This document shows positions 24,401 through 36,471 of a DNA stretch of 50,664 nt, piece by piece. The position numbers and the translations under genes are program-made. The DNA is from Catajapyx aquilonaris (taxonomy: Eukaryota): NCBI GenBank assembly GCA_000934665.2, contig KZ538334.1, forward strand, positions 62,001-112,664. Direction: 5' to 3'. A model generated the notes under the pieces. The model saw only the letters and a program-made list of their open reading frames with translations, made no database searches and was not told the DNA's origin. Within the stretch, counting starts at the first letter, position 1. Each line of letters opens with the position of its first letter.

Positions 24401-27400
24401 TATTCGAAAGTAACTGCTTAATAACAAGCAGCTTACGACACACTTTGCAATTAGACAACACTGTACACAGGGTACACAAATTATTATTTTTGCCACATTG
24501 GGGTAGGTCATATATTTGCATGGTATTAATCCATACAATTTGGAACTCCCCCTGCACTCCCCACCCCCATTTTTTTCGCAATACGAACATTTTGCGGATA
24601 TGTTGTATAGTTCTGCGTTGCGGAAAATGGCCTGCGGGGTATAGGGTGGGCCTTAAAAAATTTGAGAAAAATACTGAGGTTTGGGGGGGGGGGGTAACAT
24701 TTGGGGGAATAGTCGGAGGGGGGTGAAGGTTGTGGGGGAGGGGGTTCTTCGTTCATGCTTTTCCGCTATCGACTCGGCGCGTCGTGACGGTGACGTCATG
24801 GCCTCTCAGTGTGCTTGGAAAAGGTGACGATGAAGGTGGGGGAAGGAGAAGAGTGGGGGATGGGGGGGGGGGATTAAAAACAAAATTTTGTAATAAAAAA
24901 AACACATGCCTCCAGGCCCATGATTCCTTCCTGAACTAATTCTGAATATACCTTCAGGTCATAGGTAGCTCAAATTGCACCGCCTCCAACCGTCGCGTCG
25001 TGTGGGCGTCGTTTTGGTTCTAATATGATTGCATGAGCGACTAGTTTTGAATACACAGTACTTGGGCTTAATTTAGAGCGTGGGCTAAGAATAAATAGAG
25101 GGACGTATGTTTGAATGCGGAAACTTAAAAGGGTATAATTAGAGCCTGTTGCGAAGTTGAATTGCGCAAAAGATCGCACTGGCATGACATATAGTGTACG
25201 AATGGGTCGGTAATCAAACGAACGACATTTATACTGTACTAATACGCTATTTCTCTCCATCAGATGTTTGTCCGACCTGATAGTACCGCGCTGAGGGTCG
25301 ATTTACATTGTAGTACTATTCGTCACGCATAGATGGCACGCTCTTCCCTTGTACACTCCTGCCCGCTCCTGCCACTCTCAAGTCGTGCGGAACATAGTGG
25401 CACTATCAGGTCGGACAAACATCCGACGGAGAGAATAAGCGGATTAGTACTATAGTACAGTATAAAAGGCAAAGTTCGTTCGTTTGATTGCCGATTTTAT
25501 ATCCAGTGGGGGTTAACATGTTTTTCTCCCGAGCTCTTCGTAATACACGGGTGTTTTTGCGTGTCTCGCCCGTAACGTCGACCTTGGCTTGATATTACGA
25601 CTTGATCATACCCATTTCAGTCACACACTATCGACGTCCCATATCTAATTCCGTGATGATGTATAAACCCGGTTGCGATACAGTAACACGCACCTTATAG
25701 AAAATCCATCCCCCCCCCCCTTTCCAAATTAATTTTTAATCAACCCCCCCCCCCCAGGTCGACTATAGATTACCCCAAATGACATTCGACCCCCAGGAGA
25801 CGACGAAACGGATCCTAAAAAAAGCACTTCTTTTTAGGAAAGGCTCTTGGGCTTTCGAGTGTATACATGTATGTGTGTCTATCGAGTGTTTGTGGGTCTA
25901 TCGAGTGTTTGTGGATGCTGAGTGAGGGGCCCCCCACCCTCGATAGCAGTGTGGGTGGGCGCTAGTGCTGACGTCACGTGCTCCATTGAGATGGGCTCAC
26001 GGTTGGGTTGGTGGGCTCTCAGTCAGAGCCGGACTCCGGAGCCTTACACATATCCACTACTTGTTTATAGTTAGTTTTTAGCCGGGTTGATCAGAGTTGA
26101 AAGTTCAAGACGGTGGCGGCGGAGGAGTGGGAAGCAGGTGGGGAGGGGGGAGGGGAGGGGGAAGGAGGAGGGACGGGAAACATGTGGGGTGGGTGGTGGT
26201 GGTGCTGTGATGTCAGGGGTTGGCTGGCACCATGGAGCCAGATGGTGCATCCCTGTGCGACGGTCGGATCAACCTCGATTGCCTTCGACAGGTATGGATA
26301 CGATTCGGAGGATACTACGCCCCCTATCGGGGGAAGGCATGGCGGGGGTGCTCGTAGGCAACGTGTCACGCCCTTTCAGTTCGTAGCGTTGTAACGTTGG
26401 TCGTAGGAAACGTAAGCCAGTTTGTAAGCTAGCCTACTTTGTTACGTAGTAGACGCTACGTTGTAGGCTACTTTGTTACGCTTAGGACAACGTAAATTAC
26501 GTTGTTACGTTGCTACGTAGTGCGTAGACTCTACGTTGGTGTATTAGTACGTAAACTACTTTTTTGCGTAGACTACGTTGTAAGCTACGTTCGTTACGCT
26601 AAGTACGTAAGCTACGTTCGTTACGCTAAGTACGTAAGATATGTTGTTACGTTTAGTATAAACATTGCGGTCGTTCGTACAGAATCACGGTATTCTATAG
26701 GTTACGATATTACGCTAGTAGAGTTCGCGGTGTCGTACGTTCGTAGCCGATTGTACCTACAGCTCTTGCTAGGATGTAATAGAGGTGTTCGTATAGGCTA
26801 TGTCAGATGAAAGAAATACAAAGTTCGTGGTCTTAATTAGTTCGTAGACATTAGAGGTTCGTTTGTAGCTATTCGTAGGCTAGTGAGCTGCATGGTGTTA
26901 TTTTGCGTCAGAAACTTGGTTGCAATGGCCATAACGACGCAACCCGGGTGTCGCCGACGTCACTGGCAGGTGAAATAATTAGCCTGTGTTTACATTTCCA
27001 AAATTCAACGTACCAAAGTTGCGAATTTACAACGCACGACCGTGAAATTTTTTAATGTTATTGCTATTATGATTACGCAATATTTACATGCCGGTACACA
27101 TTCACAGGTACGCATAACACCCACGCACCCATCTCCACGTATTTAAACAGCCGGGTAGTGAGGAAATTGCCTGCTTCATGACGTCACTGACGCAGCCTGG
27201 TCGATACAGCGCCTGAGACGCGTCATGGAGACGTTTTCAGGGGGTGGCGTCGGGGGGAGGGGGGATTTGGCGTCGGTTGGGGGGGATATAAAAAAGTGGG
27301 GGTAGCGGTGACGTCACGACGGGCGCGCGCCGGATAGAATTTGGCGCAAAGTCATAGTTAGACGTACTATAAAACGGAAATGAAAATGGGGTTCGTGCCT

Positions 27401-29284
27401 GGGGCCATATACGGGCCGACCCCGACTGTTATTTATGTTTATTTTTGCATGCACAATTTTGGGAGAGGGGGTGGCCTGATTATTTGATTAATGCCGAATA
27501 GTGATAGACTAGAGTCTATTTTTAGGGCGATGTTCGTGCAGCGGTTGAGTTTATCATTGGAGTGGGCCTTTGGGTTAATGTGGCGTAAAGGAGGAATTGC
27601 GAGGTATTAATTGGAATGTATTTCGGCGGATCGTGACCTACGTTAACGAATACAGGGTATTACAGTGCCGTGACGTCAGTAGTGCACGCTTTAGTATAGA
27701 AAATCCTGGCTCACTAACTCATTATGAACTAGCAGGGTGATTGATAATTAAATGTGCCACAAAACCAATCAAAAAAACCAAACCAAATTTTGGGAATTTA
27801 GAATCAACAAAGTGCGGTTTTCGGACTTTTCCAGGCATCCGCAGCATGTAAGACGTCAGTGAGCCAAGTTTCAGCACTCTCAGTAGTCAGGAAGTGGGTT
27901 AGGTAGCCCGAACATACATACGGACAAACTTTCATATAGCCCTATGTATGTGAACTGTGGGTGGTGGGTCTGGGTCATACTTTTGAACAATTATTCTGCT
28001 GCAATCCGAATAAATGTAAGCAGTTTGGCTCCATGAATAAGAAAATTGTGCAGAGAGGGCAGCCTGCGACATCGCAAGTGACGAAAAATTTTACCCGGTT
28101 TATTTCGTCACACTGCGTAAACGTGACAGCTTAATGAATAGGATTGCCCCCTGATTTGCATGATAATTATTTAACGAGATTTATTTCCGTCTCGTCCGGG
28201 ACCATCAGGAAACATTATTCACACCTCCTTAACCGCCAAGACAAGCCATGAATAATGAAGATCGCCTTAATTCTTCATTTGTCATCTCACTTTTTTTCTT
28301 CAAGACTATTTTTCTTCTTGAACGTAGGGATTCTTCCGGGTCATCCGGTGGGAAAGTGGCAACGTCGCCGCCAACCGGATCGTCTCCGCCGGCTGGTCCT
28401 CAGCTGACGTCGGTGGTGACGGTGCCGACGACGACATCCATCAGGCCGCCTCTTCCACGTCAGAGGTCGCTCCGCCCGTCCCTCACCGGACAGGAGGAGC
28501 CTACACCAGCACATTCAGAGACGTCTTTTTCTAGTACTCATCAGGTCAGATAATGTTGTCAAAACTACTACCCCAGCCTTATGAAGACCCCCCGTGAGGT
28601 TAGTTCTTCCCACCTGTAGGTTGCCAAGTGTGTGGCGCCACAGTGGAGCAATAGTCGAACTAACGGCACGGGGGTGTCCATAAGGCTGGGGTAGGAGTTG
28701 CAGGGATGATCCACGTCATATATCGACAGCGTCTTATTCCGTACAGGGTGAGGTGGTGGCGGAGGTCCATGTGGCTCCAGCGGGTGCTAGACCCAGAGCC
28801 AGAAGGAGCAGCGCTACCAATGGGGTGGTGGCGGTGCCGGTACCGAAGAGGCGCCAGTACAGCAGCCCGGATCTGGAGCAGGACCTGGAGATGGCCAATA
28901 TCGAGATCCAGCTGCGTGGGACAAGCCACAGATTGCCGGGCTCGGTTTGGCAAGTTGGGCCTTCGTCCAAGGGCAGCCCCAGGATCAGCCCTAGGATGAG
29001 CCCGGGCGAAGCGGTGCGACGCGCGACGTCGCTTCGCAGCCCAAGAGCGGAGCTTCGGGCAGGTACGGAAGGATGGCGCTCGCTGCAGAGCCTGCGCGAA
29101 TGGGGTGCGCTGGAGTCCAGACTGGACAGATGGCGCCACGAGCACCGACGCAGGCTGATGAATCTGCGCGTGACTTCTGCGCATCTCAGCGACGACGACG
29201 ATGCGGAGCCGAAGGGGAAAGTGCGCTACAACGATCCTGGCTCCAGGGAAGAGGTCAGTGTGAGTCAGTGTCGCATTCTAGAAA

Positions 29285-29315
<31 letters not shown>

Positions 29316-32300
29316 AGGGTGCATAAAAGCTGCTAACTGTCAATAGTGCGATGAAATCGGCTGGCAAACATGGAACGATGATAGTTTTATATGGTAAAGA
29401 ATAGACCGAGTGCTCACGAGGGACTCAGAAAAACTTGATGACACGTAGCGTTAATATTCAAAAATATGATTTTCTAATAGCTAAAAGCGTATGGGCCTGT
29501 GGCTATTTGCGTGTGTATACATATTATTCCGCCTGCTTTGATATTGTCAACATAAGTAGGCCAGTTATAGTTAGAACCCGACTGTTTTAGCATGCAATAG
29601 GAAAAGGCAAATGCCATATTATACCCCTATCGTTATAACTGAGGCAACGTTGCGACCCTTATTATACCTGGCCACAACTTCAGTTCCGTTAAGAATCAAA
29701 TACCATGCAAGTTCCTAATCCAACCTTTTATGGCTTGCCCTGAACCCCCACAGCCTTTGATTGGCAAACGGCAAATTCAATGCAAGGGAGATCTAAGCAA
29801 TCGGATTGGTCCTGCATATTTTTACATATGAAAACAACTAAAGTATATACTCTCGCTTTGCCATTTGACATTCGGGAGGTGTCATTTGCACTGCGGGGCC
29901 AGCATGTCTTGTAATGATCACAAAGGCGGTCACGAATATTCGTGGAAAACACCTGCGATGTATTTTTATCGTGATCATGCGCAATATTCACGTGACCGCG
30001 GTTATAAGATATATGAAAATAGTATAATAGCGGCGATGCAGCAGTGCGGTCTTGTGCTTTGGAATGTTCCTGAAGGTCTTAATATTTAGGAAAATTTAGT
30101 GTCCAAAGTCCGAATTGAAATGTTTCTATTACAGCTCCGAGGTGACGTTAGCATCGGCTTCTCGTCTGAGGAGACGGACGACACGGAGACAACGGAGGAA
30201 GAAGTCGAGGAAGATTCAAGCATGGTGCAGACTCAGCGCGAATCGCTAAGGGTATGGACTCTAATACACTTTTCCGTGCAGTACTGTTTCTAATTGTCCG
30301 ATGGTGTTTACAGAGGCAATACCAGCAGCTGTGGGAACTCCGCGCGACGTTGGAAGAAGAAGAGGATGACGACGATGAGGCTGACACGATGATGGAAGGC
30401 GACGGTGTTGAGGAAGAGTGGGCAATGGCAGCCACCACGACGACAATGACTACGACGTCAGCACCTGGTGCCGTCGGGATGGAATCGGCGCCGCAGCCAC
30501 CGTCGCTGGCCAATGGACAGTCCCAAGAGCAGAGTCCGGACACAGAGTGCGTCACAGCCACCTACACATCCCACACCACCACGTCGTCATTCGAGAGCAG
30601 CACCACCGAAGCGACGCTTCCGACGCCTGAAGAAGCCGCGTCCTTCCTACGACTGACCTCGTCCATGGAGGCCAGACGACGCAGCTACAAGAGCGTCCTG
30701 AGGTCGCGTCTAGGCCGTCTTCCACCACAATCTACAAGTATGCTGCAGTTTTTCTCTGTACTCCTATAGTTGCAACAATGGTACTTTGCGCCACTAGCAA
30801 TGCCCCAGAGTAATATAGCGCGGCTAATTAAAAGTTGGTGGGAAGCCCTAATCGCCGGTTCGCAATTTACATTTAGGTCGCAAAAACCTCGGTTTGGAAA
30901 TCCAAGCACGCACCCAGCGGTCTAATGAGGGTCACACGGGGGTCCCTAATGAGCGGCCACATCAAAGCAATTGAGCAGTGATCAAAAAGAGTATATTTTT
31001 AGTCCACCCTTATTAATAGAAAACGCTAACGTTTGGATTCGATTGTGTACCCAACGCCTCGGTGACGCAAATCCAAATGTTTGTTTTGTCCAAACCTTAA
31101 GGGAAATCTCAGAGGGCAGGAGGATTAAATACAGATGGCGTTGCCGTCAAAGTCACCCGGCATGACCGTTCCCATGAGAGATGGGTTTAACGTAAGAGTT
31201 TGGTTCTATTTTATTTTTAGCAGGTGGGGATTCGTTTGACTCTATGGACTCGTCCACTGATGCGTCACGAATGGAGCCTGGAACCACGTCGTTTGAGTCG
31301 ACGACCACGACGGACTCGACGACCACCACTACCACTACCGGGGAAGGAGGAAGCATCGGGAGCAGCAGCGTCGCCGGGCGTCGGCAGCATCGACCGAGCA
31401 CCTACAGGGCGGACTCGGGGTACAGGAGCCTCGAGACGAACGGGTCGTCGTCGCAGCGACGCTCAACGTCGTCCAGCGCGTCGCAGCAGCAGCAGAGATG
31501 GAGGCAGTTGGGACCACGCATGTCTGACAGCAGCGACGTCAGCGAGGTGCCATCCGAGCCGCCAGATCACGCTGAGGGTAACTTTTGCGACGGAGTGATT
31601 CTATCAATGACTACTTGGAAATACCATATCTAATGCCGTCATTGTTGAGGCCATCTCAGGCAACTATGGCCCGAAGATTAGAAATTACTTGAAAGTACTC
31701 GTATTAAGAACATGAGCCTATATATGAAAGGCAAAGTTTGTTTGTCCAGGTTTGGTTAGTTGACTGATAGCATATTTGTGCAGCGTCGGTGTCGACTGCG
31801 GAAGTGGACGTGGAGGACGACGAAGGGGTTTCGTTGTCGCAGACTGCGGCGCGTCGGGAAGCGTTGAAGAGACGTCGCCAGCTGATTCTCCTGAGGCAGA
31901 GGCAGATGGCAGCACTGGGAGAGCTGCAACCTGATCCGGAAGAAGAAGACATACCGGAAACTCCAGACGCTGCGCAACTTCCGGTGAGATTTTCCCAGCC
32001 AATCAGCGCTTATAATTGAACCGGTACCTCTGACACCAATGTCATATCTATTAACCCATTTTACCATACGTATTTATAAGCAAAACCTGAGCCACAATGG
32101 CACAATGCTGACCTGTGATGCCGCGCAGCACGCGAATATCCGGTGTTGTTTACTACGCAGCTTTGTCATCATTAACCTACCGACCTACCGTAACATGATA
32201 TCAGCCACGATTATAGGAGCCGATCATGTGTAATACCTCGCTTCCTATAATGAACATTTTACTAATGATTTGGATCACTACCTGAAGTTAATTTAATAAA

Positions 32301-33231
32301 TTACATTTTCACTAATATTTAAATTTTCAAACTTGGACCAAATACGTCTTTGTAATACAGCACTTCGACAACTAATCGCTGCTGATGTTGTTACCGTAAT
32401 TGAATGCAGTAAATAAAACCGGATGCGCACCACATTACCCAACGTCACTAGGACTAAATATACCGAATCATATGCGCATCTATGGGACATTGGCCATTGG
32501 TTTCAACAAAAGGTAGAATCATAACAGCGTCGATTTGCTCGTCATTGGAGACCTTTGATGTACAAAGAAATAACATCCTGATTTCATTCGTTAGGACCAG
32601 TTGGGGTTAATTTAGGTTTAGTCAACATTTTTGGTAACATGTAACCTTTGCATCTCCACAGGAAGAGGAAGCGTCTGCCAGCGTGGCTCCTCCGCTTGGG
32701 GGCAGCAGCCGCGGCGATTCGATGGAATCTGCGGACTCGCGCGATTCCGGCGCGTCCACGTCGGGCGGCGGTGGCGGAAGCGGCTCGGTGGTCGGGGTAG
32801 GCGGCGCAGTGTCCAAAACGTCAATTCTGGCCCGGTACTTCCGCTACTCCAGACACAACGCATTGTACGCCTGCCGAGACTACAGCGTCGACGAGAAGTC
32901 CGACGCACTTTTCCGCGAGTTCAGTCGCTGCGATCCGCTTCTGGACACCAGTCCCAGCGGAAGCGGCGGGGGCGTTGGTATCGTGCGGTCCAGCTCCAGA
33001 GCACGTCTGCTTCCTACCAGGCGTCTCCCGCCATTGCACCAGCACCATCGTGTACCACAGATCCTTCCGTCGACACCCTCATCCGAAGAAGCTCCGACAC
33101 ATGCTCACCTGCCGCTCATCCGGGTCGCCCACCAGGCGGCAGCACCTGAGGCGGGGACTCCGACACCGACCACACCGTCGCCGTCTCCGTCGCCGTCACC
33201 TGACGACGTCCCAGATGCTTCCACTCGTTGA
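12414..33231 (+). CDS. CBARP: CBARP/BARP-like protein (voltage-gated Ca channel beta-subunit-associated regulatory protein homolog), single-pass, largely disordered
   Basis: Phase-consistent exons 12414-12437 (tentative start), 14757-14932 (TM: PILQRYLTLWVLLAGVGGGVLLVASVLCVCRLC), 16503-16585, 23324-23381, 28328-28544, 28747-29253, 30135-30251, 30314-30737, 31224-31577, 31784-31983, 32662-33231 (TGA) = 2730 nt, 909 aa. Motifs YQQLWELRATLE, DSGYRSLE, RDYSVDEKSDALFREFSRCDP match, in order, motifs I recall from vertebrate BARP (YRDLWSLRASLE, DSGYASIE, RDYSIDEKTDALFHEFLRHDP). Confidence 0.8.
13938..14115. mobile_element. ~180-bp MITE with ~35-bp TIRs (TA-flanked, Tc1/mariner-like), copy 1
   Basis: CTCTCCATCGGATGTTTGTCCGACGTGATAGTACC ... 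GGTATTATCAGGTCGGACAAACATCCGACGGAGAG; second copy at 25248-25436. Confidence 0.75.
16872..17297. mobile_element. Non-autonomous DNA transposon with ~120-bp imperfect TIRs and TTAA TSD (Kolobok-like ends)
   Basis: TTAA|AGGGATACTCCACTCAAAAAACAAGTTTGGC... and ...GCCAAACTTGTTTTTTGATTCGAGTGTCCCT|TTAA; arms about 16872-16992 and 17177-17297; GC-rich core. Confidence 0.75.
20093..20297 (+). CDS. Candidate alternative first coding exon A of the CBARP-like gene
   Basis: ATG 20093, open to strong donor G|GTGAGT at 20297/20298 in phase 1, matching the acceptor phase of exon 23324; ends KIGLVLGSCWWELCCHLV; CpG-rich context. Confidence 0.45.
22298..22492. other. Assembly gap
   Basis: Run of N between poly-G tracts. 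Confidence 0.99.
22662..23000. repeat. Duplicated palindromic element (MITE-derived foldback)
   Basis: GAGATTGTGCCAG...CTGGCACAATCTCACCCCAATTGACGGTAC occurs twice (about 22669-22760 and 22845-22965), with ATGAGAAAATGAAGAA and its reverse complement between and after. Confidence 0.7.
23957..24343. repeat. Two adjacent perfect inverted repeats sharing the same loop sequence
   Basis: Arms 23957-24067 / 24112-24222 (111 bp) and 24235-24270 / 24308-24343 (36 bp); loop TTCACATGTAATATGTTAAA(T)CAATTTTAGAAGTGTACCTAATG at 24068-24111 and 24269-24311. Confidence 0.9.
25248..25436. mobile_element. MITE copy 2 of the 13938-14115 family
   Basis: Same TIRs and interior (CACGCATAGATGGCAC, GCCACTCTCAAGTCGTGCGG); lies inside an outer inverted repeat 25207-25241 / 25453-25494. 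Confidence 0.75.
26182..26291 (+). CDS. Candidate alternative first coding exon B of the CBARP-like gene
   Basis: MWGGWWWCCDVRGWLAPWSQMVHPCATVGSTSIAFD then AG|GTATGG donor in phase 2, matching exon 28328; upstream TGACGTCACGTG (CRE plus E-box) at about 25969-25980. Confidence 0.45.
27729..27940 (-). mobile_element. Non-autonomous Helitron-like element, diverged copy of 43720-43965
   Basis: Reverse strand reads GAAAGTTTGTCCGTATGTATGTTCGGGCTACCTAACCCACTT...GAGAGTGCTGAAACTTGGC...GGAAAAGTCCGAAAAC and ends CTGCTAG|T. Confidence 0.5.
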
Positions 33232-35271
33232 ACCAAGGTGGATCTTCCCCCCCAAATATTTTGCCGCCATCGAACACTGGCGATTTGTTAGGTGCCAATG
33301 TGCAGTGTGGCTCTGTGATACATCAGATGTGGCCATATACAAGTCCATCATTGTCAGCCATGCTCCTTCTCCTCTTTTTTTTTGGTTGAAAACGACCCGT
33401 TTACTTAAAATATCCATGGATGGTAATTGTGAACATTGGTGTATTTATACCTTTCACAATTTTTATTATGGTGTGACGTACTCGAAAAAAAACGTGTATG
33501 ACGTGTAGCTGAACTATGATGTCATATATGGCCATTCCTGAAGATGGAAGAGCATTTCCAGTAGCTATTGAACACGACACGACCTCTTTTACTAGCTGAC
33601 ACCATGTTTACAACCGGTAATCAACTATAGGTGTCACATTTCACTTAGCAATTTTCAGCCCAAAGCTGGATGTAAAAAATATAGGCTATCCTGCAATTGG
33701 ACCTATCAACTAATATATCAGCTTAGTATGAAAAATCGCTAACTGAAATTTATGGACATGACGTGACTCACTGATCATTATATCTTTATCACAAGATGGA
33801 CCTCTATTGTCACATTATCTTGAGGCGACACCAGGCCGTGTCGTGTGAGATAGATGGAAATAGCCATCCCACTGCCATATACTCAAAAAAACAAAACCGA
33901 AAAAAGAGGGGACTGTCTTCAGACAAAAAAAAATGAAGCCCTAAGAAGACGGCTAAATATTGTTACCGCTGTTACTCATTGTTATCGTGGGAAAAAAGTA
34001 TTTGCATATGAGATTATTTTCAGTACGATTTTAGGTGATTTCCAACAGATCAGATCGCGAATCGGAATATTTATTATGTAAAAAAAACAAGGTACTTAAT
34101 CGCTCGTTATTTGGCGAAGATGTCACGTCGCTTTTTTCTGTACATTGTTGGTGCTTTGTCTATATTTATCGGAGTGACGTCGTGACAGTGTACTTAAATG
34201 CTTAATCGCGCTTTGAAAATATTTACAAAAAAAGGGTGGTCGTTAATTCTGTGATATATCTATTATTATCAACCTTTTTGCATTTTACAAAAGAAATATG
34301 AAATGATGGGCATTGTTGTAAATCATTGATCTGTTGGGATGCATCTATTAGGCATATGCTACGTATGAGCTCCATTACGTCATCAATATCACTCTGTCAT
34401 AACCCCCCCCCCCTTCCTTCCTTCATTTTAAAGAAAGTGCGACATTTGGCAACCCCGCACCTCTTCCTTCCTTCCGGGGTTGCAAGGTTGCTCAAGTCGC
34501 TTTATTAAACCCAGCATTAAAATAAAAATGATCCTCAGTGCTGATTTGAGATCGAGTTAATCTCAGATCACACAGGATCATGTACAGTCGCGGAAATGGT
34601 AAGGTAGCAGACCTGAAAATTAATTTTCAGGTCTGCTACCTTATTCATTTCCATATCTCCTGGGAAGACGTATGTGTACATATGGTGCAAGTGAGCTGCA
34701 AGAAAAAAAATAATCGACGTAATGAGTGCTGGTGTATACGAGGAAAAAGCGCGAGTGCGATTTCTTTATTTAGAATTAGCAGGAACAGAGTTTATTTTCA
34801 ATAAGAGTTACTTCTTAAGGCGACAACCTTTTTGGGTCTTTCCCGCGGGGACTTTAACTCCTCTTCGGAATCCCCTTTTCGATGTTTCAATAACAACGGG
34901 TCCTCCTTATTTTTTTGGTTTTTCTGGAATAAAAATAAAATAAAATGCACTGTATGCGTCGAGGGGTGGCACGTATGGAGCACAATGACGTCACTGGATG
35001 AATATATGTAAGATGAGAAGTGTCATTTTGTATCAACCGGCATGATATATGATCCCTATTGACGTCATTTAGTTCCCTGGTCCAAGCCCCTTGGACACTA
35101 CTATTGTGTCAGTTTAGTGGCGCTCCCGAGTCTCGCTGATCGCTCCCCCTAACACTCTCCCGGTACCACATTTCCCATGTGTCCCTTGTACCTACTCGCT
35201 AGCTTTCAATTCACACGATCCACTGCCCATATGTGACAAAACTAGATATATTTCGGTCCAATTTACGCAAT

Positions 35272-35466
35272 CAGCGGCCATCTTGAACCAGATCATTCCG
35301 ATATGACGTCAGGGATGTGTCAGCCATCTTGGAATAACACGATGACGTCATAGCTCATTCGGATATGACGTCATGGCGGCCATTTTGGAGTAACACGATG
35401 ACGTCGCAGCTCATTCTGATGTGACGTCAGTGGCGGCCATCTTGGGACAACATGACGTCAGAGCTG
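35272..35466. repeat. Degenerate ~55-bp tandem array of CRE (TGACGTCA) and YY1-like (GCCATYTTG) motifs
   Basis: Four GCCATYTTG and about six TGACGTC sites in 200 bp, e.g. GCGGCCATTTTGGAGTAACACGATGACGTCGCAGCTCATTC. Confidence 0.7.
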
Positions 35467-36471
35467 ATTATTATTGAACATGCCGGATATGTGAGTGGTG
35501 ATGTCACATTTTGGGCGTGCTCCTCCCCTTTACTAAGTACGATGGAAGGTTGTGGTGACATCTCCCACTTGACGTACACTTACGACGCACAATTTGCTTC
35601 AACTGCAACCTAAACAATTGGCTATATAGAGAATTTTTTAAAAAGGTGACCTCGACCTGATGACAATACACGACTAATGTGATGATGAGACCAACTGCTT
35701 TGTTGGCGAGTAGCTCTTCGGTTTTACGTAACGGTATTTTACAATCAGTAGTGCTTCCTATAGAAAACATAGCTTCTTTAACCCCCCCCCCCCCCCCTCA
35801 AATCACCGCGGAGACATGCATTTATACAGCCAGTACTATGCCGGACAAAAAGATAGGAACAGTCAGTAACGGCTGGGGCCAAACAAACGCTCTCGTTATT
35901 TTGGAGATGGAAAATGTGACGTCACCAATTACGTCACAAAAAAACCCTTCCCATCTTTTTGTCGCACATAGTACCCCATACATTACACCGACTCCCCCAT
36001 TTTTAAATCCTGTCCTACACTTCCTGATGGCGGCTGCGCAGTAGGACTCAAATTTTGAAGCGATAAGCGCAGCCGCGAAATCTGCGGACCAAGAGCGCAC
36101 GCGCAGACTCGATGAGACGCCCNGGGCAAAGGCCAAAGAGGGTATAGTGCCCCCCTCCCTCTGCCAATGGGGCCCATAAGCCCCCTCCACCCCCCAGCTT
36201 TTACCTCTCTTTTGTACGGTGACCACTTAATAAAATCGATGTGCCGTAATAATAGTTATTATTATTATTATTAGATTAATAGAGACAAACAGCAGGAAGC
36301 ACCACTCATTCTAACAGCGTACTGTATTACTCAGGTTTTGTCACAATGAGTAAATAGGTTATCAGCTGTTTGTCAGTAGGGAGTTCTCCTGATAGTGGGA
36401 CAGATATGACAAGGCTATACCTCATATGGATTCAGTTTGTCACATCACGTGAGAGACACCGAGCTTGCAAG

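Noticed and set aside
26297..26386. MDTIRRILRPLSGEG as an alternative start
   Set aside because: Lies just past the AG|GTATGG donor at 26291 and has no canonical donor in a compatible phase.
28660..33417. Minus-strand and alternative-frame ORFs over the GC-rich exons
   Set aside because: Shadow frames of the spliced plus-strand gene; no independent motif or splice support.
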